NCBI RefSeq assembly: GCF_040938485.1 | Contig: NW_027271164.1 | Location: 2,108,001-2,172,000 of the forward strand | Direction of reading: 5' to 3' | DNA from: Diadema antillarum | Taxonomy: Eukaryota | DNA length: 64,000 bases | Shown here: positions 48,416 through 61,347 of the stretch, in pieces | Layout of the letters: every line of letters begins with the position of its first letter | Position numbering within the stretch: the first letter of the stretch is position 1 | The notes under the pieces: generated by a model | What the model saw: only the letters and a program-made list of their open reading frames with translations | The model's database searches: none | What the model was told of the DNA's origin: nothing | Made by a program: the position numbers and the translations under genes

Positions 48416-49429
48416 GTAAGTTTTAGCAGAGATATGAAGACATGGAAACGTATAGTCCAACGTTATGATTATCTGAAGCAACTTTAAGCCACAAATGTCT
48501 TTAAACAGTTCGGAGTAAATTTGCAGCTTATCAATTCCAAAAAGATACTGCAGTCGAATGAATAAGATTGTTCAAATAATTATGTCGAGTTTTTTTTTTT
48601 TTCAGTTCTGTATTACTGGACTTATTTCAGTCTGACCACAATTATGGTCAATTTAAGCAATGACCTTCTGCTTCACAAAGATTGTTTGAACAAAAAAAAA
48701 GAAAAAAAGAGGAATCACAAGAGTATGGAAACAGTCGTGAGAATAGATATGTTTTGACAAAGGTCGAAGTCCGAAGATTGTTTATATACTGACAAAGCAC
48801 AAAGCTATAGAGGAACTGAATAGGGTCCATTTATTATTGTCATCTTCTTTGATCACGCCACAGTTGTGAAAAATTTTGCAGGCTGTGTCCTTCTCTGCCT
48901 CAAAAGGCAAGCAGGAACATTACATGACTTTAATCATATGGGGGCTCTTCATGTAACTGACATTACGAAACTAGCGTTCATAGTTTTACTGACAACTCTC
49001 AAATGCGTCCCAAATGATGAAATCATTTATGATGACTCATAATATGCCCTACCACGTGGAACCAGTGTATGTATTTTAATATATTCATTCAGGTCTTATA
49101 TGCGTTGATTCTTGTAACTTTGATGAAGAGATATTCCAACGGCAGGCATACAGCATAGGTGCTCATCGTAATGGTATCATAGTTTTATAAGGTTTTTACG
49201 ATCTTGGCAAAGTAAAGTTCTGCTTATTTCCTCTTGTTTACATGGCTGTAGTCCATAGTGTGCAATGATGTACTTCATCATTTTGTTGTTCCATTATATA
49301 AATATTACCTTGATATTCAAAAGAAAAAAAACCGTATTTATGTAAAATTATGAAAAGAAAATGTGATATCTGAAGTGGGAGAGACGTACTAAAAGGCTAA
49401 TAAGCGTACATAGAATGGGTGTACGTCAT

Positions 49430-49678
49430 GAGACCGACGCCCACGAGGTAGACAGCCCATGAGTTCAACTCTAAGCAAAAATTGCCCACGAGACCGACAC
49501 TTTAAGCCCCGTGTTGTAATGTCGAACTCGTTGGCTGTTTTTACCTATAGTGTCGAACTAATTGGCCTTATTTGCGTAGCGTCAAACTCATGGGCTGTAT
49601 GGTTTGTGGGCTGAATGACTCTTGGACCTTATTTCAATGTCAAATTCGTGAGCTGTATGACTCATGGATGTCGGTCTC
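49430..49678. mobile_element. ~250-bp foldback element with CCCACGAG/CTCGTGGG-type motifs upstream of gene D
   Basis: GAGACCGACGCCCACGAG ... CTCATGGATGTCGGTCTC inverted ends. Absent from the homologous region upstream of gene C. Motifs are shared with 15760-16440. Confidence 0.55.
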
Positions 49679-51093
49679 GAGGGATGACCCTCATTATAGA
49701 GTGAGTCCCTCAGTATAGAGAGAATGGCGGAAAGACAGACAGAAACAAAGCGAAAAGTAAAACACAATATGTAAATTCACGTACTTTGGTATACATGCAA
49801 GAACACATATAGTACACACACCCATAGACAGTACAGTACACATCATAGTAGTATTCAACTAAACTAGGCAAAGAGACTCAAAGCATTAACAGCATCATAC
49901 ATAAACCCATATTCCATAATGTCTCCATTTGCCCACGTATACCCACACTCATTTCCTGTCTTATCTAAAGATGCACAGTATAATACTCATTTTTTTTAAT
50001 GAGAGTCCTTGCTTTGTGGGACTCAGACTGGCAAAGAAAAGAATCCCTGGCTATTGACCAACATGAAAAGACAGCAGCTATCATGCATAGTTATGAAACA
50101 GTTGGTCGTAGAGATGTCTGGCGATACCCACAGCTGCTTGGAACTCTTCATCATCATCATCATCTTCTTAATCTTCTTCTTTTTCTTGACGACGTTGTTG
50201 CTAATTGTTTGTTTGTTCGTTTTGAGGTGGTTTCAGCAATATCTCTATAATCCACAACAGTGTACAGTATATCACTTCACGGTAAAGTCTGAGAATTTTC
50301 GCGTGTGGTAGTGCAACAATGATATTTGTGGTAGTGTGATATAATTTTAATGATAAAATGGGGCTCTTGTTTTCTAGGGCCCCATTTTTTCCCTCTCCTT
50401 CTTTCTTTAAAACACATCTCCTGTTAGGTCGTGTATAACGTTTGTTGCCTTCTCGCAGAAAGCAGGAAAGAGCAGTACGGATTAAGCAACCCGTAGCTGT
50501 GTTGACATACACGGTTTTTAAGGAATTGACATCAGAACTGTGGGTGGGTTCATGCAAATAATGTAGAATTAAACTCGAATTGAAGTTGGCGTCCCTCATG
50601 CTCTGTATGGCATCAGTACGAGCACCCTCTAGCGTTCAGTAAAAGCACAGTTTTCATTTCATTTATCAGATTCTAGCGGCACAGACTATCCCACACGTAC
50701 CATATCTCTACGGGATAGCGATCCCACACGTCTTGTGTATACACGCTTATTATTTTTTTTTATTACACTCTGTATCCTCTTTATACAGTCAAATAATGCA
50801 GCTCGAATTCTATACAGATCTGTACAATTCTGCTTTCGTTATTTGTACTAATGATACGTGTTGTTTTGTTAATTGGGGTCATTTGTGATTTTCAATAAAA
50901 ATGAAATAAATGAATCGAATACGAAATTAGAAAAATATATTGTCAAATCAGCTCTGAAATACATAGACCTCCTGATCCAACAATAAGCCCCAATCTCAAT
51001 GTTAGAGTTAAAAGGTTAAAGAAACATGAAGTAAACGCAAATTAATTGATATACGTACATCTCTAATTTCAGTATATGTGAAACCATCCAGGT

Positions 51094-51130
<37 letters not shown>

Positions 51131-51299
51131 TCTTCTTTTCATGTGCACGCACATGATACGAGTGATCATTATGAACAAACGAATGGTTGGGTTTACATTT
51201 CACAGAACTGACCCATCCCTTTAAGAGAGAGCGAAGCGTTAAAACAATGTCGATCAGCCCTTGACATTTTGTCAATGACGTTGATTTTAATTGATTGAC

Positions 51300-51580
51300 T
51301 GGCCAGATTCATTGTTGCTGGTATCTCCATCGAAAAGGATCGACTATACACCAGGACTTTCGGTCAACGAGTTCCTGATGACTGATCACAGCGCTGTGTG
51401 CAGTTGGTAGATGTTGCAATCTCGATTTACCATGACTGCAGGATGAGTTATGCCGTCAAAGAACCAATCATGGATCATTTCAAAGTCAATGCCACGGCCT
51501 CGAGGCTTCTGAGCAAATCATCTCAAGTTTAGTGTATCTGCATGGCGGCGGTTATAACTCCTGTAGGTAATTAAACGCTT
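51300..51580 (+). pseudogene. Possible decayed DIRS-type tyrosine recombinase C-terminal fragment
   Basis: One frame with stops reads KDRLYTRTFGQRVPDD*SQRCVQLVDVAISIYHD...KVNATASRLLSKSSQV*CICMAAVITP. This loosely resembles DIRS YR ends as I recall them (QLFV.FG...SKQRLS.WIVDAI..AY...AHSTR..ASS...DICRAAGW.TP). Weak; the catalytic HxxR is not intact. Confidence 0.3.
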
Positions 51581-52491
51581 CCTGCCTCAACACACCGGCG
51601 TTTTGGGAAGTTTATCAAGTCCATACTTGTTCGCAGAAAGTTATTGATACTGAGTTGTGCAACACCACAAGCTGCTCTACTTTCACTTTTCTATATCACT
51701 GTTAACGCAGTGTCATAATCCGGCTTTTAGTGCAACGAATTCCATCGAAGTGGAGAGAGCTTAGAAGTTTTCAATCCCTATGGACATTCTATTTCTGAGG
51801 ATCGCAGTCTGGTCAGTTGGAATTATAGGACAGGTGAGTTTGAAGTTCATGCCTATACTTTACTGTTGCCATTTCTTTCTCCCCCTCTTTTTTTTCTCTC
51901 GTTTTTAAGCCCTATCTCAAACCTATTGTTCTGAAACAAAAGAGAAAAATGTCAATTGCCTTTTACTAGTATTAACCATCTTTCAGCGATTATAGCTGTA
52001 GTCTTGCGGAACTGGAACTAAAGTTTGTAAATGCTATGCTCTACTTTTATCTTTTGCATTATAGGAGAAAAAACAAACACTCGACTGTTCAATCACCTTT
52101 GTTTCATCAGCGTTTAGAATATTGACACTATTAGAGTGAACGCATACTTGGGTGTTACTGTGTCATTAGATATTTTGTTCTATGAAAACTTGCAAACAGC
52201 TTTGATATTCAAATAGAATGTGATTAGAGATTAGAAGGTTTATATTTCATTACCATGAAACGTGATGAAGAACTAAGATTGAATTAATTTTTTACGATAC
52301 TCTTAAAGATTGTCATCATTTTTGGTGGAAATTAGAAGTGTAGCTTTAAAATGACGTAAGTCCTAATTTTGTTTTGTGCGTAGAATATGCATCCTATTGA
52401 GAATACACCTTGAATCATGTTAACGCAATTAGGTTCGGCTTGAAACAAGAAAAGCGACACTCTGCCCTCATGTCCTTAAAGAGTAGGTCTA

Positions 52492-52683
52492 CAGTCAAAC
52501 CTGTCTATAGCGGCCACCCAAGGGAAACGAAAAGAGTGGCCGTGATAGACAGATGGCCGCTATAGACATGTGGCCGCTACACACAGGGTCTACAATATGG
52601 CTTTCCTCATGGGGGGATTTTTCAATGGCCGCTATAGACAGGTGGTCGCTATAGACAGGTGGCCGTTAAGGCAGGTTTGACTG
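52492..52683. mobile_element. Tc1/pogo-type MITE
   Basis: TA|CAGTCAAACCTG ... CAGGTTTGACTG termini, with internal TGGCCGCTATAGACAG repeats. Confidence 0.82.
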
Positions 52684-54267
52684 CATAGAGTCAATGTGAG
52701 TTACATTAGAGCGCTTAACTGCTTATCCGTCTATTTCAAATAATGATATGAGTTATGTCTTCGTCAGAGACACACAAAGTATGTGCATGATGACATATTG
52801 GTTGTAATCATTAATATTTCACGATCAGTGTAGAGATTGTTTTCATTCAACTTTCAACTTTAGATTTTATTTTTCATTTCCATGAAATAAACAGGAGAAA
52901 TTATATAGAATGCATAGACAAAGAAAATTTGTAGTAATTTCAAAAAACGTACAGTAACAAAATACATGTGATGATGAGTAACAACATAATTGCATTTATA
53001 TAAGGTATATACATATGCATATCACACGGATGGGAATGGAAGTGGAGGGTCCCACTAAAAAGCCAAGCTTGTACGATATGGGACCCTCAGAAATACATAA
53101 AAAACGAATAATGACTTCATGAAACTACAAACAAATATAAAAAATTATGAAGCATTATTACATCATTAATCTCAGTTCAGTATGAATACTTGGAAATTTA
53201 CTACATAATTGCTGGTACCACATACAAACCATTTCTCCTATTCTTCTTTTTTTTCTCACAGTCTTATTGGGCACAGCAAGCTCAATGTATGACTTTTGTT
53301 TGAAAAAGTATCATCCACCTAAAAATCCTGAACAACATGATAGTTCAATGTTTTCTTGCACATTATACTTTTCTTCTGTTCCTTGCAAAGCTTTATGTGA
53401 TAATCTACCACATAGCAAAACAAACAAAACCTCTGGTAGACAGATATGAGTGCATGCTGAATATTTTTTCCTCTTTTTTTTTCATATCATCATCACAATA
53501 TTTTCAGTGGTATTTTTTTTATTTTTTTTTTTAGCGTCGCCCGTGAGTAGAAATAATGATTCATGGAACAGCAGGATAGGTAGTTATGGACATCAATAAT
53601 CTCGGCAAATGGTAAATGAGTGTGACGAGAATACCCTCGGTATTCTTGCTTGAGAGAGAATTGTGTTATTGTTGAGTGATATTAAAGTCACCAATTACTG
53701 GGACCTGCTTATCATATGTGCTTACTTTACCAATCTTGAACAGCATGTCGTTAATTGTTGTGTAATTGATTGTGCTCTAGTTGTAGTTTGTGGACCAGGA
53801 AACAAAAATGTCATACTAGACTCATAGTGAACTATAATAGTGTTAGAAGAGAGGTCGTGCGGTGTATGTGACCTGCCTTGATTATAAAGGAAGCAGGTGT
53901 TTATCTGAAAAAGGAAGCACAATGTGATAAGGTATCGTCTAACATCAAAGTTAAATGTACGTATGGTGGCATTCTCTTCTTCAGTTTTCTCTTGTGTTCT
54001 CTAGTACTCAGTTCGTAAGATGTGATATCTTCTGTATACACTACAGAACAATTGCTTCAATCACTATCCATTGTACCATCATGTAAGATGCCCAATGACC
54101 TCCATTGACCTGATGTTGCGTCTCTATTTTTCCAACTCCTCTAGATCCGACAGGAAACAATCTCTTTGACTACTAAAGATTAGCTCCTGTGGCAAAGTCC
54201 TAACATACCTGCATGAGGGAAATACCAAAAGATTATAGATCGGAAGCACATTATCCCCACCATTAGG

Positions 54268-57200
54268 ATGTCCCTCCAGGAACCTCGCTCCGAGCTGGAA
54301 GCCGACAGCTCCGATGGAAAGAATGAACAGGATGGCTTTGAAGAGGACAAGTGTGAACTCGTCAAATACGTCATACTCCAGGTAGAACAATTACAATCCA
54401 TGTTTTCTAGCTTTATGGAACTAAATACGATATAAGTAGACGCACAGACCATGGCACTATGCTACTTACATTCGATCTCGCTTTGGAGTGATAGGCAATG
54501 GTACTATATGCTACTAACATTCTATCTCGCTTTGGAGTGATAGGCAATGGCACTAAATGCTACTAACATTCGATCTCGCTTTGGAGTGATAGGCAATGGC
54601 ACTAAATGCTACTAACATTCGATCTCGCTTTGGAGTGATAGGCAATGGCACTAAATGCTACTAACATTCGATCTCGCTTTGGAGTGATAGGCAATGGCAC
54701 TAAATGCTACTAACATTCGATCTCGCTTTGGAGTGATAGGCAATGGCATTTCTTCCCAAAGCTCCTTTTTAACGTGCTCGCAGATGTCAAAGTTTGAAGA
54801 CGAATTACCCTGTTTTGAATTCGCATCGTTAAAGATTATCTTGGCAAAGGACCCCCCCCCCCCCCAAAAAAAAAAGGGGGGAATGTACTAACATTTGCGT
54901 GGTTTTATTAAAAAGACGATATTAATTTTATGGCGTATATTTGTGTTGTAACCATGCTTCCGGTAAAGTACTTTGTATGTTATGAAGGGAAAGTTCGCTC
55001 AAGTACGCTTGTCGTGGGAACAAAATCTTACACGTTACTGGCTTTGCTCATTACAATGTGTAATTATGGTGTATAAGCCCAAGGTTGGAAGGAAGCTGGT
55101 CAGGATTGTTGTTAGTAAACGAGATCACTTCCTACTTCCTTACCTTGACACAATTCGTCCCTTCTGACAAACTATTATTAGTATCTAAGTTTTTATGTTC
55201 AATCATTCCTCGGTAATTCATTATGCAACATAGATTAATACCAAATCACGAACCACAGTCTTGAATATAGAATGTTAACCAAGTTCCTGTAATAATTCAT
55301 TATGATAATAGATCGGTCTCGTAACTTGAACAAGCCAGATTGCAATACAGCTATAAGAAAATGAGGAATTCAAAAAATTCTCGAAGTGTCTCGTTACTTT
55401 GTTTTTTTGTTTCATTTTAAAGTGTGGCTGAATGCGACTTAAATATGTCCCTGTGCTGAGATGAGATATAGACCGTACCAGGGTCCTGGTATCAGATAGC
55501 TAATTTGCTATAAAAAGTGTAATAATTGTTATCTGATCATTCAATCAAAGATTTATTATCCATAAACATCCAACTCCGGTTTGTTATACAACTTTTTTAT
55601 GTGTTCAAGTATTTTGCACATTTAATATTAGCGTATTGTAATGTGTAATCACATGGTAATAAAGAAGATAATCCTTAGGCCACATTTGATCATGTGGTAT
55701 CTCAACCAGGTGATATAGTAGTCAGCATTTGTCAAATGAACTTTTTGGTTTGGTCGACAGAAAGAGCTAGAAGATGGGGATGTCGAGTTCACATCTATCG
55801 AGCTGCACACCAGTGTTGGAGTACCATCGGCCGTTCTGAGCCAAGGACCCCGGAAGTCTCCGACCACGAGACCCAAGTTTAGGGTCTATACTCACCATGG
55901 CACGGTGTCTGGAACAAAGGTAGTACTTACAGTTTGGCATGCATACTGTATGCACACTATGGGACTTTAGTGACGATTACTTGATGAACTGCTATTATTT
56001 CACTATCTTTTAGAGATGATACTCGCTCCGACTGAACGAACATTGACATCGAAATATTTTAAACCATTTCTGAGATAGAAATATCAGTAGAGTAACATTT
56101 CTAAAAACAAAAACAAAGAAAACAGGAAATGCGTATTCATGAAATACTTTTTAGTACATAAATTGTTGCTCTTTTTGGGGTGGCATTTTAAGACATTAGA
56201 ATAGTATAATCCTAAAGTCAGGAATTTGGCACTTTTTGCAGGATGAAAATTCTGGGACGAAATCGAGTCGCTTTGCTCAGGCTGCCCCAGCCGCCCTGAA
56301 GATGTACAATGAGGAGTACAAAGCGTGGACGTCTAAAGGGATGACAAGAACGAAGAAAATGCTGTCACGTTGGCTTGGATCCAACATTCTGACCAAGGTA
56401 AGACAGAGGACGAATACTTTCAAATTCGCATTCCCGATCTCATTTCCCTTCTCCTTCATTAGTTGGTTTTAGATTGGTTAATTACCTCTTATTTCTATCG
56501 TATAATCAACTACTATGTACTCAAGATCATTTATGATTTTATTACATTATGTTACGGTCTGTGATAGAAAAAAAGAATCACTTTGAGATCAATTGAATTG
56601 AATTGAACTGAATTGAATAATTCTCCGCATATCTGCTACTTTTCTCTTTCTAAAATTGCCGGTCTCGTTTCTAATCCTGGGCAGTGACCGAACTACTCCT
56701 AGGGTTGGTAGAGATGAATTGATATGTATTTAACGTTTTGATTGTAAAATGAAACATTGATAATCATGATGCTGATGAAAAATGTTATCAGATAGTGGAA
56801 ATATGATAATGTGAGAACAGCTAGAGTCTGTATCCTTCCCCTTTCCCGATTTTATGTACATTGAAGTACAACTGCTGGGGTAGAAAACTGTAGCGATAAA
56901 TTTTGATCAGGAGCTATGAATCGTATGACAAACCAAATGCAGTGACCTAGTCGACATAGGCGATGAAAAACGTACATAATGAAGGTTATATGACCAAGTT
57001 GTGTTTATTCAGTGACTTTCCACTGCAGCTACAGGTAGGTATCTTGTCAAATGCTGAACACATTGTCTGATCGTGTCGCAACAAGAACGTTACTTTTTAA
57101 CTCGACAGCGCCTCCTCGAGTCGCAGACAGCGAGTGGGGAAGTATCCGAAGCAGTTGCCATGCTAGCAGACAACTTGTGGAAGGAAGCGATGGGCGAACT

Positions 57201-59552
57201 CTCCAGGATACTCACTGTACCCATCAAGAACATCCCACCGGGAAAGGTAAAGCCATTGAACTACAATCCCCTTAAAAGGCTCTGCTATAGAACTCAAGTC
57301 CATCACCATGATGGACTTACCTTCCCCACCCATCTCCAACCGCTTTATTTCCCAGCTTGTTTGATTCTATTTCAGCTTTTGGTTTATTTTCGATGTTTTA
57401 AAAGATCGTTATAACTTCCCTGGCTATACGTTATCACTTATACCTCCGTGGGAACTTCACACAAAAATTTGTTGCAAGATATTATATATTTTTGATGAAA
57501 AGCGTCTAGTTAGATTTTATGTGTAACACTATGATCAAGATTATTCACAAGGAAATGGGAAATTACAACGACACTGCTAAAACATTAAGTAAACAATTTT
57601 TTTCACGTAAAAATTAGATACGAATTCAACATTCATGTCTTTACGATGCCCGTCATTAGTGATTGAGCAGTATTACAATTTTGCCTGGTTTTCGTGACAT
57701 GTCTACAGGTTGAGAAAGCGGAGGCAGTCCTGCTTCAAATCAAGCGAGCCTTGCTGAGCCCCGACTCTGAGGACGCAGCGTCGATCGAAGCTCTGAGCAA
57801 GCAGTTTCACGAGTTAATTCCACACAGGAACGACGACACACATCAGCTTGACAGTATGAGAAAGGTTGCCGTCAAGCAAGACCTTTGTCAGGTATTATGC
57901 GATGTGTTTACAAAGAACAGTTTAAACAACTCCTAAACGCATCTACTTTATCTCGAGATAGGCTCTTTGATTAAACCCTTATGTATCTCATGTATACTCT
58001 ACCGACGACTTTTGAGGTATCCTTTGCTAAAAGTGTGTATGAGTTCTATCAAACAATGATATATTTTGTTATACAATGAATGTCTGAGATGATTGTTAGC
58101 TGTTTACTCATAAGGCACAAAGCATAACAAATAAGAGATTGCGTTTGAGCTTATTTCAGTTTATTTTTTTTACATACTAGTAGTTAGTATGAGTGTGCTT
58201 TAACAAATGAATGAAATCATTACATGTGAGCGATCATTGTTATGAAAACATCAGGCTATGATATTCACGAATCTGAGCTCTTCAGCAATAAAGTCTATCC
58301 ACTGCTTGCAGACAGTTTAGTCAATGTCTGTCACAAAACCACGAATGACTTGTGTTCCATATCTAAGCGATAGCCTAAATTGTCAGTGATAAAAACTCTT
58401 TCATACCGCAACCTATCTCGGCTTCAGCTAATCCTCGATGTGATCAACGTGAATGAGGCCCTAGGATGGAAGAAACGGCCGACTGCTGAGTCTAAATACC
58501 GCGCCATGCGCTGCTTCATTGAGCACCTAGACCAGGACCATCCTGAGTACCGCCAAGTAGAGGAACTGGTCCTCTCAACTGCACCCAGGTAAAACAAGGA
58601 GCGATAATCGGTGTCTACTCGACCTGTTCATTGGTCTTTCTCATCTCATCTCTGCGACACGAATAATAAGTTTAATGGATGTATATGAAATATCAAGATG
58701 GTTTGATAGGTAAAAACTCTTGTAGTGAATATTCCACTGAAACTTTAATTTCGTATTCTGTTTATTTCATTTTGCGTTATAAATGATAGCATACCCGAAG
58801 GTAAGATTCTATCTGCAAGATTGCCCTGAACGACCATAATACATTATTTTTATATCAGAAACTATGTTGAAGTTGAAACAAATAATTTCCCATTTTGTAA
58901 GGAATCATATACGTCTTAAATCATTAATATTATCGTTGCGATAATAAAATATTTTTATTGTTTATATCACTGCAGACACCAGGATTTGACGATTTTGAAT
59001 ATCTTTGCTGTGAGTCGGGCGCTGGATGAGTTCAAGTTTGATCGTTCTATCGGCAACGAACGGCTTCTTTTCCATTCGTCCAAGGCTCGCAACTTTCTTG
59101 GCATCCTATCACGGTAACTCATGTCAAATCATATCAGTCTATATTCGGCGAAAGAATATGAATTTGAAAAGAATGCTCACTTTTGTCAACATTGCACACC
59201 ACTATAAAGTTATGACGATTAACCCTTTCCAGTTGATATCTGACTAATGCAATAATAAACAGATATGGTTTGCTCTACCGTGCAATGACTTTAGTTCTGT
59301 TGTTTTAACAGTCACTCGTTTAGCTTAGTTCCATTTCTATGATCTAGTAGCCTATTTCTGCCTTTGTCAATATGAGTTTTCGACTAATTGGTTAACTGTA
59401 TGTCAAAGTATGGATTTATTATAATGAAACATTGCAATGGTTAACTCTTTCAGTGGTATCCTACTCCCGAAAATTGTGGTGGAGATGTTTGGAATCGAAA
59501 GATGGGACGCAGGGATGCTGGGAAGTGGAATTTACTTCGGAGATTCAACAAG
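54268..59552 (+). CDS. PARP4: PARP4 / vault PARP-like gene, partial (continues beyond the window); 5' end uncertain
   Basis: In-frame GT-AG exons: (54268 or 54280)-54381 (..EDKCELVKYVILQ), 55761-55919, 56242-56397, 57109-57246 (LADNLWKEAMGEL), 57709-57891 (VEKAEAVLLQIK...FHELIPH...KQDLCQ), 58428-58588 (KYRAMRCFIEHL), 58976-59113 (LLFHSSKARNFLGILSR), 59454-59552 (GILLPKIVV...GMLGSGIYFGDS). Collinear with human PARP4 as I recall it (VSKAEGILLLVK...FYRLIPH...KADLCQ; KYRALRCKIEH; LLHGS...GILCRGLLLPKVV...GNLGSGIYFSDS). Confidence 0.88.
54451..54749. repeat. 49-bp tandem repeat, 6 copies, in the intron after the first identified PARP4-like exon
   Basis: Units at 54451 (47 bp), 54498, 54547, 54596, 54645 and 54694: ATGGCACTAAATGCTACTAACATTCGATCTCGCTTTGGAGTGATAGGCA. 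Confidence 0.95.
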
Positions 59553-60787
59553 GTAAGAACTCTCTATAAGGGATCAATTTCAAAATAACTTGGTTTGGGT
59601 TCGCATAATACGCAATCAAAATGACAATAACAGGCATGTGTAGTTGAAATTTCACAGTTTGCTTGAGCATACAGAATAATATTCCTTAGCGTAAGCAACA
59701 GTTAAACAAATACCTTAGATTTTAAATCAGATGATGAAAGTTTGTTTGGGTCTAACCGTGTTTTATCGTCCTCCAGATGTTTTTGATGATTTTACTCTAT
59801 TTCGAGGTGCTGAATCGTAAGGTGGATGATGCAACTCTTGCATCCTTGAAGGTTCTACGATTTAGGTGGCCATCAAAATGATTGCCAAAATGGCCGGCAA
59901 AATCTGAAATCCTATATTTTGCATTTCCCTGTAAATGATAAAAAACCGGAAAAAATCTTGATTTAACTGTGCTCCCAGGAAGCTAAATCCGAATCTGGAT
60001 GATTCAATTCTTGCATCCTTAAGGATTTTAAGATATTGATAATAGATAATATGGCCGCCAAAATCTGAAATTTTCTATCTATTTTCTCATAAGTGGAGAA
60101 AAGTCATGCTCTGAAATGATTTTGGAGATTGAATCAAGGACAGAGGGAAGAAAGAAAAAACACACACACACACACAAAAATCACATTCATTTCAGGTGAG
60201 CGAATTTGTCAAATCAGCCAAAATGGTATCCCAAATGGCCGCCACAGTGGTAATCTATACTAAACTAAAATATTCCAGAAATGCATGTCTCATTGAACGT
60301 TTTCACGCGTTTTGAAAAGGATGATATTAATATCCCCTCTGGAAGATATGAAAGTTTGACTCATATACGAACACAAAGATATTTCTGATAATTCTATCAT
60401 GCAAAAAGAAAGAAAGAAAGAAAAGAAAAAGATGGTTATGAATTAATGGCCGCCAATATGTGCAGAAAACTTTGTTAGCCTGAATACAAAACTACAGGTC
60501 GACAACGATATATGTTTATATGTTCATATCACCATGAATACTTGTCTTACTCTGAAAGGATAAATTTTAGCACAACACATGAGTTCGGTTGAGTTTATCT
60601 TATACAGTATATATACACACGGATTAAAAGCGTGCTGTAGCCGGACAGCTGTTTCGTGAAACTTTTAGTGCCCTTGATGGTTCTTAAATCTACGGGAGAA
60701 TAATTAAAAGTTTTAAATGCAATATAAGATGCACTGTTCTGGGGAGAATTAGATTTTGGCATCACAATTTCAGTATAATAAGTTTAA

Positions 60788-61347
60788 AGGACAAGTTCAC
60801 CTTCATAAACATGTGGGTTTTGTGAATGCAGCAATATTAGTAGAACACATCAGTGAAAGTTAGAGGAAAATCGGACAATCTGTTTCAAAAGTTATGAATT
60901 TTTTAAGTTTCTGCTCAGTCACGCCTGGATGAGAAGACTACTGTAGCTTGTGATGTCACATGTGTACAACGATATAAAGAAATAATAAAGAAAATTCAAC
61001 ACATTTTCACTTTTCTTGCATAACAAGAGAACACTTGACTTCTCTCTTTCAGAAAGCAGGGGGAAAAATATTACCCTCAACATACGTCAGTAAACAAGTC
61101 GAAGAAATGTGCACTTTATTCAAAAAGTAAAGTTTTGTGAAATTCTCTTTTTATTTTCCTCATATCGTTGAACGCATGTGACATCATACACTGTGGTAGT
61201 CTTCTCATACAGCAGTGACTGTGCAGATACTTTAAAATTCATCACATTTTAACGGATTGTCCGATTTTCCCCAAACTTTCACTGATGTGTTGAACTAATA
61301 TTGTTGCCTTAACTCAATCCACATGTATATGAAGGTGGACTTGTCCT
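60788..61347. mobile_element. 560-bp Kolobok-like MITE in a PARP4-like intron
   Basis: TTAA|AGGACAAGTTCACCTTCATA ... TATGAAGGTGGACTTGTCCT|TTAA. Confidence 0.85.

Noticed and set aside
50201-50599. 132-aa minus-strand ORF
   Set aside because: No recognisable motif or supporting exons, and the C-terminal half is low-complexity.
51532-51560. Plus-strand VYLHGGGYN resembling the esterase oxyanion motif
   Set aside because: It is isolated, with no neighbouring esterase motifs or matching exon boundaries. Treated as chance.
53530-54100. Possible LINE endonuclease remnants (GDFNI on the minus strand; YNSVRR..AVYV on the plus strand)
   Set aside because: The hints fall on opposite strands with many stops. 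Too degenerate to call.
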